Positions 1-12,466 of a stretch of DNA of 64,000 nucleotides are shown in pieces. Numbering within the stretch: position 1 is the first letter of the stretch; every line of letters starts with the position of its first letter. The notes beneath the pieces are model-generated. The model worked only from the letters and a program-made list of their open reading frames with translations, searched no databases and had not been told where the DNA came from. The translations under genes were made by a program, and so were the position numbers. The DNA comes from Azolla caroliniana (Eukaryota; Plantae; Polypodiophyta): contig JBHGNT010000018.1 in assembly GCA_043228905.1 (NCBI GenBank), positions 14,322,001-14,386,000 of the forward strand, written 5' to 3'.

Positions 1-15
1 CACAGCGACTTCCCG

Positions 16-3000
16 TTGTGGGAGCAATCGGCGAGCAGGGTGTTGTACTGCTTCGCGTCGTGTGTGGGCGAACAACTATTAAGCTATGTTCGGGATGCAA
101 AGACGCCGAAGGGTGCGTGGGAAAATCTGAAAAGGATTTTCGCCGCGAGCACCACAGCCAGGAAGCTTCAGCTGCGACAGGAGTTGAGCAACCTACAACA
201 ACGCGATTTGTCGGTGGCGGACTATACCTCGAAGATCAAGGATATCTGCGACTCCCTCGCCTCTATAGAGGTGAACATCGAGGAGAGCGAGATGGTCCAG
301 ATCTGTCTCGGAGGTTTGGCGTCGAAGTTCGGAGCGTTCCGAACGGCTGTGTGTACCCGGGAGAATACACCGTCCTTTTTCGACTTACAGTCGATGCTCC
401 TGGTAGAGGAGAACCACGCGGGCGCGTCTACAAGCACGCACACCGACAGCAGAATGATGTGCACGGAGGGAAATAGGCCTCGTGGACGTGGAGGACGAGG
501 CGAGTCGGGGCGCAATGAAGGCGGCCGACGAGATCAAGGAAGAAGGCACCGAAGTGATGCCGACAGCAACTCCGGACCCTCCAGAAACAGGGGGAGTCGA
601 AGCGATGAGAACCGGCAAGGGAAGTCCATCGCGGAGTGCTGGTACTGTGGCAAGAAAGGCCACAGGGAAAGTGAGTGCTGGAAGAAGCGCGCCGATTCGG
701 AGAGAACCGGCTCTGGAAACGACTCCGGACATACCCACAAGGGAAATCGGCAGCCATCGCACTACGCCAAAGACTCCGGGAGAGCTGGAGAAGGGTCTGT
801 CTTCGTGACGAGACACGAAGCAAACTCAATGAAACAGAGCACCCCGAGATCGGACGAGGTGTGGTACGTAGACTCCGGTGCGTCAAACCACATGACGAGC
901 CATAAGGAGTGGTTCTCGTACCTTGAAAAACCGATACAACCTGGAGTAGTCGCAACAGGAGACGACACTCCGCATCCGATCGCGAATGTCGGAGAAGTTC
1001 CCCTTAGCCATGTCGGGCAGAAAGGGAAACTCATGAACGTGTTGCACGTTCCGACAATCACGAAAAACTTGGTCTCGGTCGGACAGATCGTCGACCAAGG
1101 GATGGAGGTTCGGTTTACACACCTAGGGTGCTTCATTGAGGAAGAAGGCCGTGTGATTGCGCAAGGGTGTAGAGACGGGAGGATGTTCATCCTCGACTCC
1201 ACTGACGGCGGCACCGCAATGTTCGCGAAGGGACAAAAGACCGAGTCGGACATCGACTTGTGGCACAAGCGGATAGGCCACATCAACTACCAGCGGCTTC
1301 AAGATCTGCAATCAAAACAGGTAGTGTTCGGATTGCCCAAATTTAGTGGCCGAAGGGCACAAATTTGTGAAGCCTGCTAGCTCGGGAAGCAACACCGACT
1401 TCCTTTCCCCAACGAGCTAAATCGGAGCCGGAATAAGCTCGACCTTATACACTCCGATGTATGGGGGCCGGCACAAAACGTTAGTCTTGGCAGGAGCCGA
1501 TATTTCGTCTCCTTCATTGACGACCACACGCGGCACACGTGGATCTACCTCATTGAGAGGAAGAGCGAAGTCTTCGACTGTTTCCGGGACCTCAAAGGGT
1601 TCGTGGAAACGGAAACGGGACGAAAGATCAAGTGCCTGCGGTCGGATGGCGGGAAAGAGTACTTTTCCGGTCAATTCAATGGTTATCTACAACAAATGGG
1701 AATTCGACGCGAATTCAGTTGTAGATACACGCCGGAGCAGAATGGCATGGCCAAGAGGAAGAATCGGTCAGTCGTGGAAGCGGCACAGGCAATGCTGGAG
1801 GAGAAGAGCTTGCCCAAGTTCTACTAGGCCGAGGCGGTAAGGACCGCGGTATACATCCAGAACCGGATCGGAGACAAAGTGTCGGCGCACGAGCTATATT
1901 TCGGAACGAAGCCGAACTTGCGACACTTGAGGGTGTTCGGTAGCATTGCGTATGTGCATGTACCAAAGGAGAAAAGGAGGAAGCTGGACGCAAAGGCCGA
2001 GAAGTGCATCTTGGTTGGTTACTCGGAGGAGCAGAAGGGTTATAAATGCTATAACCCTCGCACCAAACAAGCATGTGTCAGCCGCGACGTTGTGTTTGAC
2101 GAGTCCGCAACCTGGTACCTGCCCTCGACTCAGAACCCCGACTCCAATCTTATCTCTGACGATGAGGTCAGCGAGGCCGAGATGCCTCCGGATGAGCCCG
2201 AAATCGAGACCCGCGAAGAGAGTCCGATTTCACTCCGGTTAAGTGGACCGATTGGACGACTGAGTCGGTATGACCAGTCTAACGAAGAGCCGGCGAGTAG
2301 TGGAGACTCGGCCGTGCATTCCCCGCACAGGAAGCCGAGGAGACGGCTTACGCGCAAAGAGAAAGGGAAGAAGAAGGTGTCGGATTCCGGCACGGAAAGG
2401 AACGAGTCAGACCGACGCGAGTCCGACTCTGAGGGAACCGGTGACGGGTCTTTAAAGGTGAAGACCGCGTCGACCGAGAAGGCCTCGACATCGGCTAATG
2501 TGGGATTACGCCGATCTACCCGCCAAAAGAACCCAGTTGTGCGGTTCGGATACAACGAGTACATGGCGCATCATTATGCGTACATGACCCGTGTAGCGGA
2601 AGTACGTGAGCCGGAGAGCTACGCAAAAGCGGCTAAAGACGCGAATTGGCGTGCCGCGATGGAGGAAGAGATGCACGCATTAGCGGAGAACGAGACCTGG
2701 GACCTGGTTGACGCACCGAAGGGTGTGAAGCCGATCGGGTGTAGAAGGGTGTACAAAGTCAAGTACAACACCGATGGCTTGGTCAACAAGTACAAGGCTC
2801 GGCTAGTGGCAAAGGGCTACACGCAGAAGCACGGCATCGACTATGATGAGACGTTTGCGCCGGTTGCGAAGATGACGACCGTTCGTGTTTTGCTCGCGGT
2901 AGCCGCGGCCAAGGGGTGGCACCTACATCAAATGGATGTAAAGAATGCATTCCTGCAAGGTGACCTTGAGGAACAAGTGTACATGGTACAGCCCCCCGGA

Positions 3001-4644
3001 TTTCACTCTGGAACAAACTCCTCGGCAGTATGTCGACTGAAGAAGTCCCTTTACGGACTGAAGCAAGCCTCGCGTGCCTGGAACACGAAGATCACGCAAC
3101 AACTGCGTCGAATGGGCTTCGTCACGTCAAAATCAGACTCTTCCCTGTTCATCCGGAAAGGTCGACTCAGACCGGTTAGTATTTTACTATATGTTGATGA
3201 CTTGGTCATCACCGGCGCCGACCTAGGTGAAATCAACCGCGTGAAGCTCCTGCTTGCGGCATCGTTCAACATGAAGGATCTAGGGGACCTTCATTACTTC
3301 CTCGGGATCGAAGTAATCTGTACCCCTGAAGGCATATTGATCAGCCAACGTCACTACGTGCTGAGTATGCTCTTCAAATTCGGGATGGCCGACTGTAAGA
3401 CCGTCTCGACTCCTCTGGACAGAACCGTCAAGCTTCGTCCCGATACGGGAAAGGTATGCGACCCGACGAGGTTCCGACAAATTGTCGGAAGCCTCATATA
3501 CTTGACCATCACCCGAACCGACCTCAGTTACCCGGTCGGGGTGATCAGTCAGTTCATGGCGCAACCTACCGAGGAGCACCTTCAATGTGCGCAACGCATA
3601 CTTCGGTATGTCAACGGCACTAAGGACCGTGGACTGCTATATCGGACCGGTGCAGCCGCGCAGTTAGTCGGCTACACCGATGCTGATTGGGCTGGCAATG
3701 CCGTCGATCGCCGATCCACGACTGGATACGCATTCTCCCTCGGGAGTGCCGCGATAGCGTGGAGCAGTAAGAAGCAGCCGACAGTTGCACTGTCAAGCAC
3801 CGAAGCGGAGTACCAAGGAGCGGTTGTCACGACATGCGAAGCTATATGGTTGAAGCGGCTACTTAAGGATCTGCAAGAGGAAATGTCAGATCCGACGACG
3901 ATCTATTGCGACAACCTCAGCAGCATCCAACTCGCGAAGAACCCCGTCTTCCACGCACGGACCAAGCACATTGAGGTGCACTACCACTTTGTCCGTGAGC
4001 GTGTCCTTTCCGGTGAAGTCGAACTTCAGTATGTTCCGACGGATCAGCAGACTGCCGACATCTTCACCAAGCCTCTTGGTCTGGACAAGTTGCGGCAATT
4101 CTCAGGTGCACTCGGATTGCGTCACCTTGACATGCCGAACTTGAGGGGGAGAACAGTCCCGAACGACCGAGCAAGGCAGCAGGAAAGGAGCGGAGACCGC
4201 GACACCGAGTCGGTTGACAAGTTCGACTTCGGATCGGCTGAAGAAGCCGAGGGCGGACCCGCGGAAAAGTTCGGAAGCGGACAGAAGGGGAGCAACCAAA
4301 GGAGAGAGCCGAAGCCAACCACGCATGGGGAAGATGACGCCATCGAGGGCGAGAAGACCGAAGACGAGTGGGAGACAGCCAACTCGGATGAGAGCCAAAA
4401 CCGATCGGAGGTAGCCGAGTCGGTTCGGATGTTTGATTCAGACACGCTGAATCAACCGAGGTCCAAGCGGAAGAAAAGGCGGCAGGAGAAGCGTCAACAC
4501 CGCAAAAGCAGAAGAGCTGATAAGGGCCGCATGAGCATACAAGCCGACCGGAAGGGTCGAAGCGCGCAGAGTCGAACAGGTCGAGGAGCACGAGCGAGGC
4601 GTGAGGCCAGGAGGAACCGGAGCCGTGAGCCCGAGGAGCCGTGA
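16..4644 (+). pseudogene. copia A gag-pol polyprotein with two in-frame stops and a charged C-terminal extension
   Basis: ORFs 16-1380, 1603-1827 and 1879-4644 share one frame, broken by TAG at 1378 and 1825; about 165 extra R/E/K/S-rich codons follow the normal RNase H end (…PNLRG). Confidence 0.9.
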
Positions 4645-4687
4645 GTCCGAGGATCCTGAAGAGCCTCGAGTTGAGCTTGAGGGGGAG

Positions 4688-5023
4688 TGTTGAGAGACAA
4701 GCTCAACATCGGCCAGATCGGCTGAAGAAGCCGAGGACCGGATCGGCTGGGACCGATCGGTTAGGCCGAGTGCGTAAACCGGGAGGTCGTTAGGAAAGAT
4801 ATTCCGTAAGGAATATATTTGGGAGTTAGTGTAGGAGCTCTTAATGAGCATTGAAGTACTGTCAGTACTTCAGTCAGTACTTCAGTCAGTCCTTCCAGGA
4901 CTTGTATAAAAGTGTTCACTGAGCACGTCTTATGTACAGACTGAGTATTATTGTTGAATATAGTTTTTTCTGTGTTTCTCTCTCTGTCTCTCCCGCGTAT
5001 ACCGTGTGAGCCAAAGCTCTTCA
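4688..5023 (+). repeat. 3' LTR of copia A
   Basis: Starts TGTTG directly after the PPT; TATA-like GTATAAAA near 4903; CT-rich 3' part ending CTCTTCA. End is inferred because the partner LTR is outside the window. Confidence 0.7.
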
Positions 5024-5055
5024 TTGAACCTGAGTTTCCTTCCTCTTTTCTGTCT

Positions 5056-5664
5056 TCATACCTGCTTCCGCACGCTATTTTTTTCAATGTTCGGCTCCGC
5101 TCGTACGTTTTGGTCCGGAGACAACGTAATGTCCGTAGGTGCTTCGTTGCTTTGCTGCGCGTCTTGTTCCTGCTCGGCCGTCATGGGGGTTTCTATGTTG
5201 TCAACTTCTCCCTGCATGGTCGGACCCAGCTCTGCTGGCTCATTCCTTTCTGTTGGGGCTGGCTCTTCCGTCTGTGGGCAAGCGGTTGGTTGAGGCTCTG
5301 TCCTGTCCGTATCGTCCACAATGTTGCCTGGCACAGTTGTCATCTCTGGTGAATTAGGCTGAGGCTCCCCGTGCTCTATGGAATCGGTATCGGGTACCGT
5401 AATTGGCTCCGTACGTTGTTGTTCGCTCATGATCTCCATTAGTCAGCGAAAAATATCTTCTTGACTTTCCCCGAAGTCGTTTAACATCTGTGCACGTTCC
5501 TCGGAGTGTTGGTCCGCTAGCATGCGATAATCCTGTGCTAGGTCCTCGCATACTGCCGCAATGCCTTCCTCATTGAGTTTGTAGAAACCTCGGCCTTCTT
5601 TGCTTCCGCTCTCCCAGTCCGCCTGGTAGGTATGCAACTCCGTCGCTTGTGTTGCGCACGCCAT
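5056..5664 (-). pseudogene. orphan ORF remnant: helical region plus E/P/T/Q-rich low-complexity tail, probably TE-derived
   Basis: ORFs 5443-5664 and 5056-5439 abut on the minus strand; no recognised domain. Confidence 0.3.
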
Positions 5665-5804
5665 CCAGGCTTTGTCTAGTGTCGTTTTTAATTGCGTCGT
5701 AAACCTCTCCCGATTTGTTAGAAGAAGTATGCATACATTATCTTCAGTGAAATTGAATTCTCCAAATTATGGAAATTTCGCGTAAAGTTTATCGCTTGGG
5801 AGCG

Positions 5805-8800
5805 GTTTTGCGAAAAGCACGAAAGCCGACTCCGACATAGAGCTATGGCACAAGCGAATCGGCCACATCAATCTCAACAAACTCAAAGCAATGAAATCGA
5901 AAGGAGTCATCATCGGACTCCTGACATTCAAAGAGAAGGAGATTGAAGGTGTATGCAAAGCGTGCCAATTCGGCAAGCAACACCGACACCCATTCCCGAA
6001 AGAGCGAAACGTGAGCAAAGGTCTACTCGACGTAGTCCATTCCGATGTATGGGGATCGGCACAGACGGCTACATTCGGCGGATTCCGATATTACGTACTC
6101 TTCATCGACGACTTCTCTAGGCACACTTGGATCTACCCGATGCGGCAAAAGAGCGAAGTGTTCAGACACTTCCAAAAATTCAAGAATGAAGTCGAGAAAG
6201 CCACGGGTCGACATGTACAATGCCTTCAATCGGATGGCGGCAAGGAGTACTTCTCGGACGATTTCACGGCGTATCTCTGAAAGGAAGGAATTCAGCAAGA
6301 ATTCACTTGCCGACACACTCCGCAACAAAACGGAGTAGCCGAGCGCAAAAATCGGCACATCCTCAAAGTAGCACGGGCCATGATGAACGAGAAGCATATG
6401 CCCAAGTCTTATTGGGCCGAAGCTGCAAATATGGCCGTCTACTTAATGAACCGGTGCACAACATCGGGCATGCATGAGGTCACTCTGCATGAAAAATACT
6501 TCGGAAAGAAGCCGGACTTATCGCACATCCGCATATTTGGCGCGATAGCGTACGTGCACATCCCCGACAAGAAGCGTCAAAAGCTTGACCCAAAGTCGGA
6601 GAAATGTATCCTCGTAGGATACTCATTGGAGCAAAAGGGGTACAAGTGCTACAACCCTTCCACTCGAAAATCTCGAGTAAGTCGAGACGTCGTTTTTGAC
6701 GAGTCCACATCCTGGTACGCACCAGAGAAAATCTTGACTCCGACTCCGCTCGACCCGGAATCTGCCGAACAAGAGATAGAGGATGAAGATCGCCTTACGC
6801 GCATGTTCGAAGAAAGTCCGATCACGACCCGACTGAGCGGACCACAAGATCCTTTGAGCGATCAAAGCACATCACAGCCTAGCCCGAAGATGGACAAAGG
6901 CAAGGCGAAAATGGCGGAATATGCAGATGATCGCTTCGATGACGATGAGTCGACTCACTCACTCGACAGTGAGTTCGGTGGCTTCGATGTACCAATCGGA
7001 GTTAAGAAAGCCCTCATCTCTGCAAATGAAAAGCTCTGTTGCTCCACCCGTGAAAAGAATCCGATCAGCTGATTCGGCTACAATCACTACATGGCATATC
7101 ACTATGCCTTTATGATGAAGGTGGCGACAATACGTGAACCGGAAACATTTTCCGAAGCAGCCAAGGATCCGCGATGGATCGAAGCCATGAACGAGGAGAT
7201 GCAGGCACTATGCAAGAACGAGACGTGGGATCTTGTTCCCACCTCACCACACAAAAAGGGAATCGGATGCAGATGGATTTACAAAGTGAAGTACAACTCT
7301 GATGGTTCCGTCAACCGCTACAAACCGCGACTCGTAGCGAAAGGCTACGCACAAACTCATGGAGTTGACTACGAGGAGACCTTTGCCCCGGTGGCAAAGA
7401 TGACGACGGTACGGACCATAATTGTGCTTGCCGCAGCGAAAGGGTGGCACCTCCATCAAATGGATGTCAAGAACGCCTTTTTACAAGGCGAATTAGAAGA
7501 GGAGGTGTACATGATACAACCACCAGGTTTCAACTCGAGCACCCATCCAAAAGTTGTATGCCGACTCAAGAAGCCACTCTACGGCCTCAAGCAAGCTCCG
7601 CGTGCTTGGCATTCGAAGATAACGCAATATCTTCATCAAATCGGCTTCCGTATGTCAAAATCAGACAACTCCCTCTACATACGAAGCGATTCCGCAAGCC
7701 CGATCGTCATCATCTTATATGTGGATGACCTAGTCATTGGAGGTGAGCATCTCGTCGAAGTCAATAAGGTCAAATCCCTCCTTTCCGACAAGTTCGAGAT
7801 GACGGATATGAAGGAGCTCCACTACTTCCTCGGAATCGAGGTAATTCGGACTCCGGCCGCAATCATGATCTCTCAACGGCACTACATCCTCAACTTGTTA
7901 TACAAGTTCGGGATGGCTGAGTGCAAACCATCGGCAACCCCACTCGATCGCAATCTCAAACTCGATGCGAATTCCGGCACCAAAGCGTGTGAGCCAACCC
8001 AGTATCGGCAACTCATCGGGAGTCTCATCTACCTCACGATCACACGACCCGATCTCAGTTATCCGGTCAGTCTCCTTAGCCAATTCATGCAAACACCGCG
8101 TGATACTCACTTGGATTGCGCTAAGCGAGTTCTACGATACGTGAGCGGCACAATGGATTGCAGCATCCTCTACAAGACCACGATGTCAATACGCCTCGAG
8201 GGGTACACATGAGCACAGAGGCGGAATACAGGGGCGCGGTAGTGTCCGCATGTGAAGCCGTATGGCTCAAAAGGATACTCAAGGATCTGGGCGTACCCAT
8301 CAAGAATCCGACTTCCCTTTACTGCGACAACATGAGCAGTATCTATTTGGCTCAGAACCCGGTGTTCCATGCGCGGACAAACCACATCGAAGTGCACTAT
8401 CGCTTCATCCGAGAGCGCGTTCTAGCGGGCGATGTCGACCTACAACACATTAGCACCAATCTTCAAACGGTCGACATCTTCACTAAAGCCTTAGGAGCCG
8501 ACAAGCTATGGCAATTCATGACCGAGCTCGGATTGACGATCCCTGACCTGCCAAGCTTGAGGGGGAGTACTGAAGACACTACGCAATAACGCGTGGATTC
8601 CACAACCGCGCAATGAAGCCGCGAAGAAAGACGCAAGCCAAAGCATAGACTTCGCAACTACACACAACACAAGCTGGAGCACGGATTCCACAACTCCGCA
8701 TAAAGTGAGTCGACGCGGACTCCAGAACACAAGTCGAAACAGATTTCGGATACCGTCTGAAACCGACCCGACTTGAGCTTGAGGGGGCGTGTTGAGAATC

Positions 8801-9190
8801 AAGCTCATCTTGGTCTAGTGTGTGAACTCACCTTGAGAGTGAATAGACACTCCAACGGTCAAGAGTCACCATTATGTCACCACTTTGTATTCTAGCATTT
8901 AGTATGAGTCATAGAATCATATTCTATGACACATAACTTATGAGCTTTCACATTCCCCATGCTCCATGAGTCTTGTCGTTAATGAAGAGAGAGGGTGGCT
9001 ATATAAAGCACCCTCCTCCCACCTTGTAAAGTGTTGAGTCTTTCTCCTTTGTTGATATACTTTTACCTTGCGTATTCTCTATGTCTTATTCCTTGTCTTT
9101 CTCACACACACACACACTCTCTCTCTCTCTCATACACACACATAACTCACATCTCTTCTGCTTCACAAGAATCATATCTGATTCTTTACA
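5805..9190 (+). mobile_element. Ty1/copia element B, 5'-truncated and degraded
   Basis: Starts abruptly at the GAG-pre-integrase motif (DIELWHKRIGHIN); integrase and RT (YVDD); RNase H with an internal deletion near 8209 (EGYT jumps to STEAEY); PPT 8779-8789; 3' LTR. Confidence 0.9.
8790..9190 (+). repeat. 3' LTR of copia B
   Basis: TGTTGAGAATCAAGCTCA…ATTCTTTACA termini match the LTR termini of copia D; TATATAAAG near 9000. Confidence 0.85.
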
Positions 9191-11321
9191 TCCTTACTAG
9201 TGTGAACACATCCAATAGTTAGGGCTTGAGTATATAAGCCCTAGCCTAACTTTGTAATATGAGCCGTCTTGATTATCTTGTATCTTGAGTCTCTGAGAGA
9301 GAGAAAAACAAAGAAGAACAAGAATCACCATTGAAGCTTAACTTCTTGTCTAACTACTCCTTTTAGCTACATATCTGTGTATGTTGTTTGTTGTGCATAA
9401 CCGACAAGTCCTCAAACGTTCTTCCATGCATATCTGCTCACAACTGGTATCAAAGCCGAACCTGTTGCGCGGCAACAACGAAACAACAAAAAGAACTGAA
9501 CGAAAAGACCAGGTCAATAAAAAATGTCACTTTCAAAATAGAATATGGCTTCAACATCCGGTATATGAGTTGAAATCCGAAAGTTCAACGGCAAAAATTT
9601 TGCCCTATGGAAGGAGATGATGCAAGATGTGTTGATCATCAGAAGACAAGTTGAAGTTATTCGACACAGTGAAAAACCCGCTATGATGTCAACCGAAGAG
9701 TGGAGATCATTAGACGAAATTGCGTGCTCCACCATCCGAATGCATCTAGCCAAGAATTTCTACTTCAGTATGGCCAACGAGACGACAACCTTCTCGTTAT
9801 GGGAGAAGTTGCAAGCAGTGTACAAAAAGAAGTCCTCCTCGTCGAAACTCATATTGATTTGACAACTATTCAATATGAAGATGAGAGAGTTGGATCCTAC
9901 ACCTCCCACATCAACACCTTCAATCGGGTGTTGTCTAAACTCTCCGCCCAAGGGATTAACTTCGAAGAAGAAGTGAAATCCCTTGCCCTCTTGTAGAGCT
10001 TGCTGGTGAGTTTGGGAGGTATTCTGCACAACATTTGCCAAGAGTCATCGGATCCTAAATCTAGATGAGATGATTGGCCAAGTCCTCACTAAGGATATTC
10101 GGTGAAAATCGATGGGACTCACCATCGACGAATCGGTAGAAGCCCACCGCACATGACTAAGTCGATTGACCAACCGCATCGATCGAAAGAACAAGCCGAC
10201 AGAACCTTTCAGAATACCAGTCAATCAAGAACAAGGGCAGACCGATAGCGGTCGAAGTCGAGAAATAGCCAACCAAACAATTTCTGCATGCATTGCAAAA
10301 AACCTGGTCATAATGTTTCCGACTACTAATCGATCAAGAGAAAAGAGTGGTCGGTGATCCAAGCGGAATCGAGGACGACCCAACTCGAACCACTCTCCAT
10401 TCGGCAACCAAATCAATATTGCCGGCTCACAATCAGGAGAAATCCTCTCCTTAGAGGACTCGATGGTCGGAGAAGTTCTCTACAATGCACAAGATGCACA
10501 CACATGCTTGCTGGACTCCGGCGCCACATTTCACATGACCCCCAATATCGAATGGTTTTCGAACTATTCTGCCAACGCCAGTGGCACAATCCGACTAGGC
10601 AATGGGCAGGAGTGCAGAATAGCAGGAATTGGTGAAGTACCAATTCAACTGTCAAATGGCAACACAACGTCATGCACCAAGTCTGGTATGTACATGCACT
10701 AAAAAGGAGTCTAGTCTCCATCGGCATGTTAGCCGAAGACGGGTACAGAATGACTCTAAGCGAGTCGACATGGATGATCAGTCATGGAAGCCTAAATATT
10801 GGAAGTGGACACAAGTATAACAACTTGCATCCAATGATGGCAATCAATCCATAACAGGTTGTGAACGTAGCCAAAAAGATCGACCCGAACCTATGGCATG
10901 GCCAACTCGGGCATGGCGGGTGGCTACATTCCAAAACTCCAAACAAAAACGAACTTCTGTGAGCATTATCGATACAGGAAATAGACCCAAAGTCCGCACT
11001 CTCTCCATTACGAGACAGAACGACAACCCCTAGAGCTCGTGCACACAGATATATGTGGGCCTATTCCTAAGCAATCCCAAGGAGGCTCTTGGTACTTCAT
11101 CACATTTGTAGATGATTGTACATGGAAAGTCTAGGCCAATTCGATCAGGTCGAAACACGAAGCACTCGAGGTCTTCACTCGATGGATAACTGAAGTGGAG
11201 AACCGGTCAGAAATACATAGTGAAGACACTTTGGTCCGTCAACGGAGGAGAATACACCTCCTGAGCCTTCAAACAATACCTGTCCAACAAAGGGATCCGG
11301 CATCAAAAGACCATTCCATAT
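9191..11321 (+). mobile_element. degraded Tnt1/Tork-like copia element C, 5' part (LTR remnant, PBS, gag, protease, start of integrase)
   Basis: PBS TGGTATCAAAGC at 9445; gag KFNGKNFALWK…; protease LLDSGATFHM; integrase broken at …KTIPY by insertion of D. Confidence 0.85.
9445..9457 (+). promoter_or_regulatory. primer-binding site (initiator tRNA-Met type) of copia C
   Basis: TGGTATCAAAGCC two bases after an LTR-like CA end; one mismatch to TGGTATCAGAGC. Confidence 0.8.
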
Positions 11322-12240
11322 TGTTGAGAATCAAGCTCAACCTAGCCTTGTGTGTGAACACACCCTTTGAGAATCTATGAGCACTCAAAAGTCAAAAGTC
11401 ACACCACTACTCTCTACACATTAACTATGTGTCATAGAATCATATTCTATGACACATGACTAATGAGTTTCATATTCCCCGTGACTAATGAGTCTCCACA
11501 TTCCCCAAGAGAGAGTGGTTTTTGTAGTGAGTTAATGAAGACAAAGGCTGACCTTATATAAAGCAACCTCATCCTATGTTGTCCTTCCAAGATGGAAAGT
11601 TGTTTCTATCCAACTTCTCGCTAGGGAGAGCCATCCCCATTTGAGTATTCATTGTCGATGAAGATCTCCTTCTTCTTTTCCTTCTCTCTCAAACACGAGC
11701 TATGTAGTCACACTATGATAGCGATGGGCCGGTTCTTCTTGAACGTCGGCGTAGAGCACAACACACGTGGATGGGCTAGATCGAGCCACCAAACCGCTCT
11801 GATACCATGTAAAGAATTGGGTATGATTATGTGTAGCAGAAGGGATGTGTGTTATGTATATGCGTGAGAGGAAAGAGAGGAGAGAAGAGAAAACACAAGA
11901 TAGATAAGAGAGAAAAAATGAAGTACTCAAGAAGAAGATTGTATATTAACAAGGAGAATATCAATTACAAAATGTAGCATTACAAGGGAGGACAACCGAC
12001 ACTCGTTATCGATTGTCCTCGTTCTTGATTGACCTCGTTCATAGAGTGTCGGTTGTCCTCCCTTGTAATGCTACATTTTGTAATTGATATTCTCCTTGTT
12101 AATATACAATCTTCTTCTTGAGTACTTCATTTTTTCTCTCTTATCTATCTTGTGTTTTCTCTTCTCTCCTCTCTTTCCTCTCACGCATATACATAACACA
12201 CATCCCTTCTGCTACACATAATCATACCCAATTCTTTACA
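11322..12240 (+). repeat. 5' LTR of copia D, split by an inverted duplication
   Basis: 11322-11576 and about 12038-12240 match the 3' LTR from 16709; the intervening DNA is an inverted copy of downstream sequence. Confidence 0.9.
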
Positions 12241-12466
12241 TGGTATTAGAGCGGTTTGGTGGCTCGATCTAGCCCATCCACATGTGTTGTGCTCTACGTC
12301 GACGTTCAAGAAGAACCAGCTCATCGCTATCGTAGTGTGACTACATAGCTCGTGTTCGAGAGAGAAGGAAAAGAAGAAGATCTTCATCGACAATGAATAC
12401 TCAAATGGGGATGGCTCTCCCTAGCGAGAAGTTCGATAGAAACAACTTTCCATCTTGGGAGTACAA
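11580..12466. repeat. long inverted repeat (arms ~11580-12004 and 12044-~12466, 39-bp spacer)
   Basis: Left arm is the reverse complement of U5, PBS, leader and gag start; the ORF track shows mirror peptides at 11652-11867(+) and 12181-12393(-). Confidence 0.95.

Larger units (their letters stand above)
1..5023 (+). mobile_element. Ty1/copia LTR retrotransposon A (5' end outside window)
   Basis: Gag, zinc knuckle (CWYCGKKGHRESEC), protease (VDSGAS), integrase, RT (YVDD) and RNase H in copia order; PPT TTGAGGGGGAG at 4677-4687 followed by an LTR starting TGTTG. Confidence 0.95.

Noticed and set aside
222-4851. Many overlapping antisense and alternate-frame ORFs over copia A
   Set aside because: Expected by-product of GC-rich coding sequence; no independent motifs.
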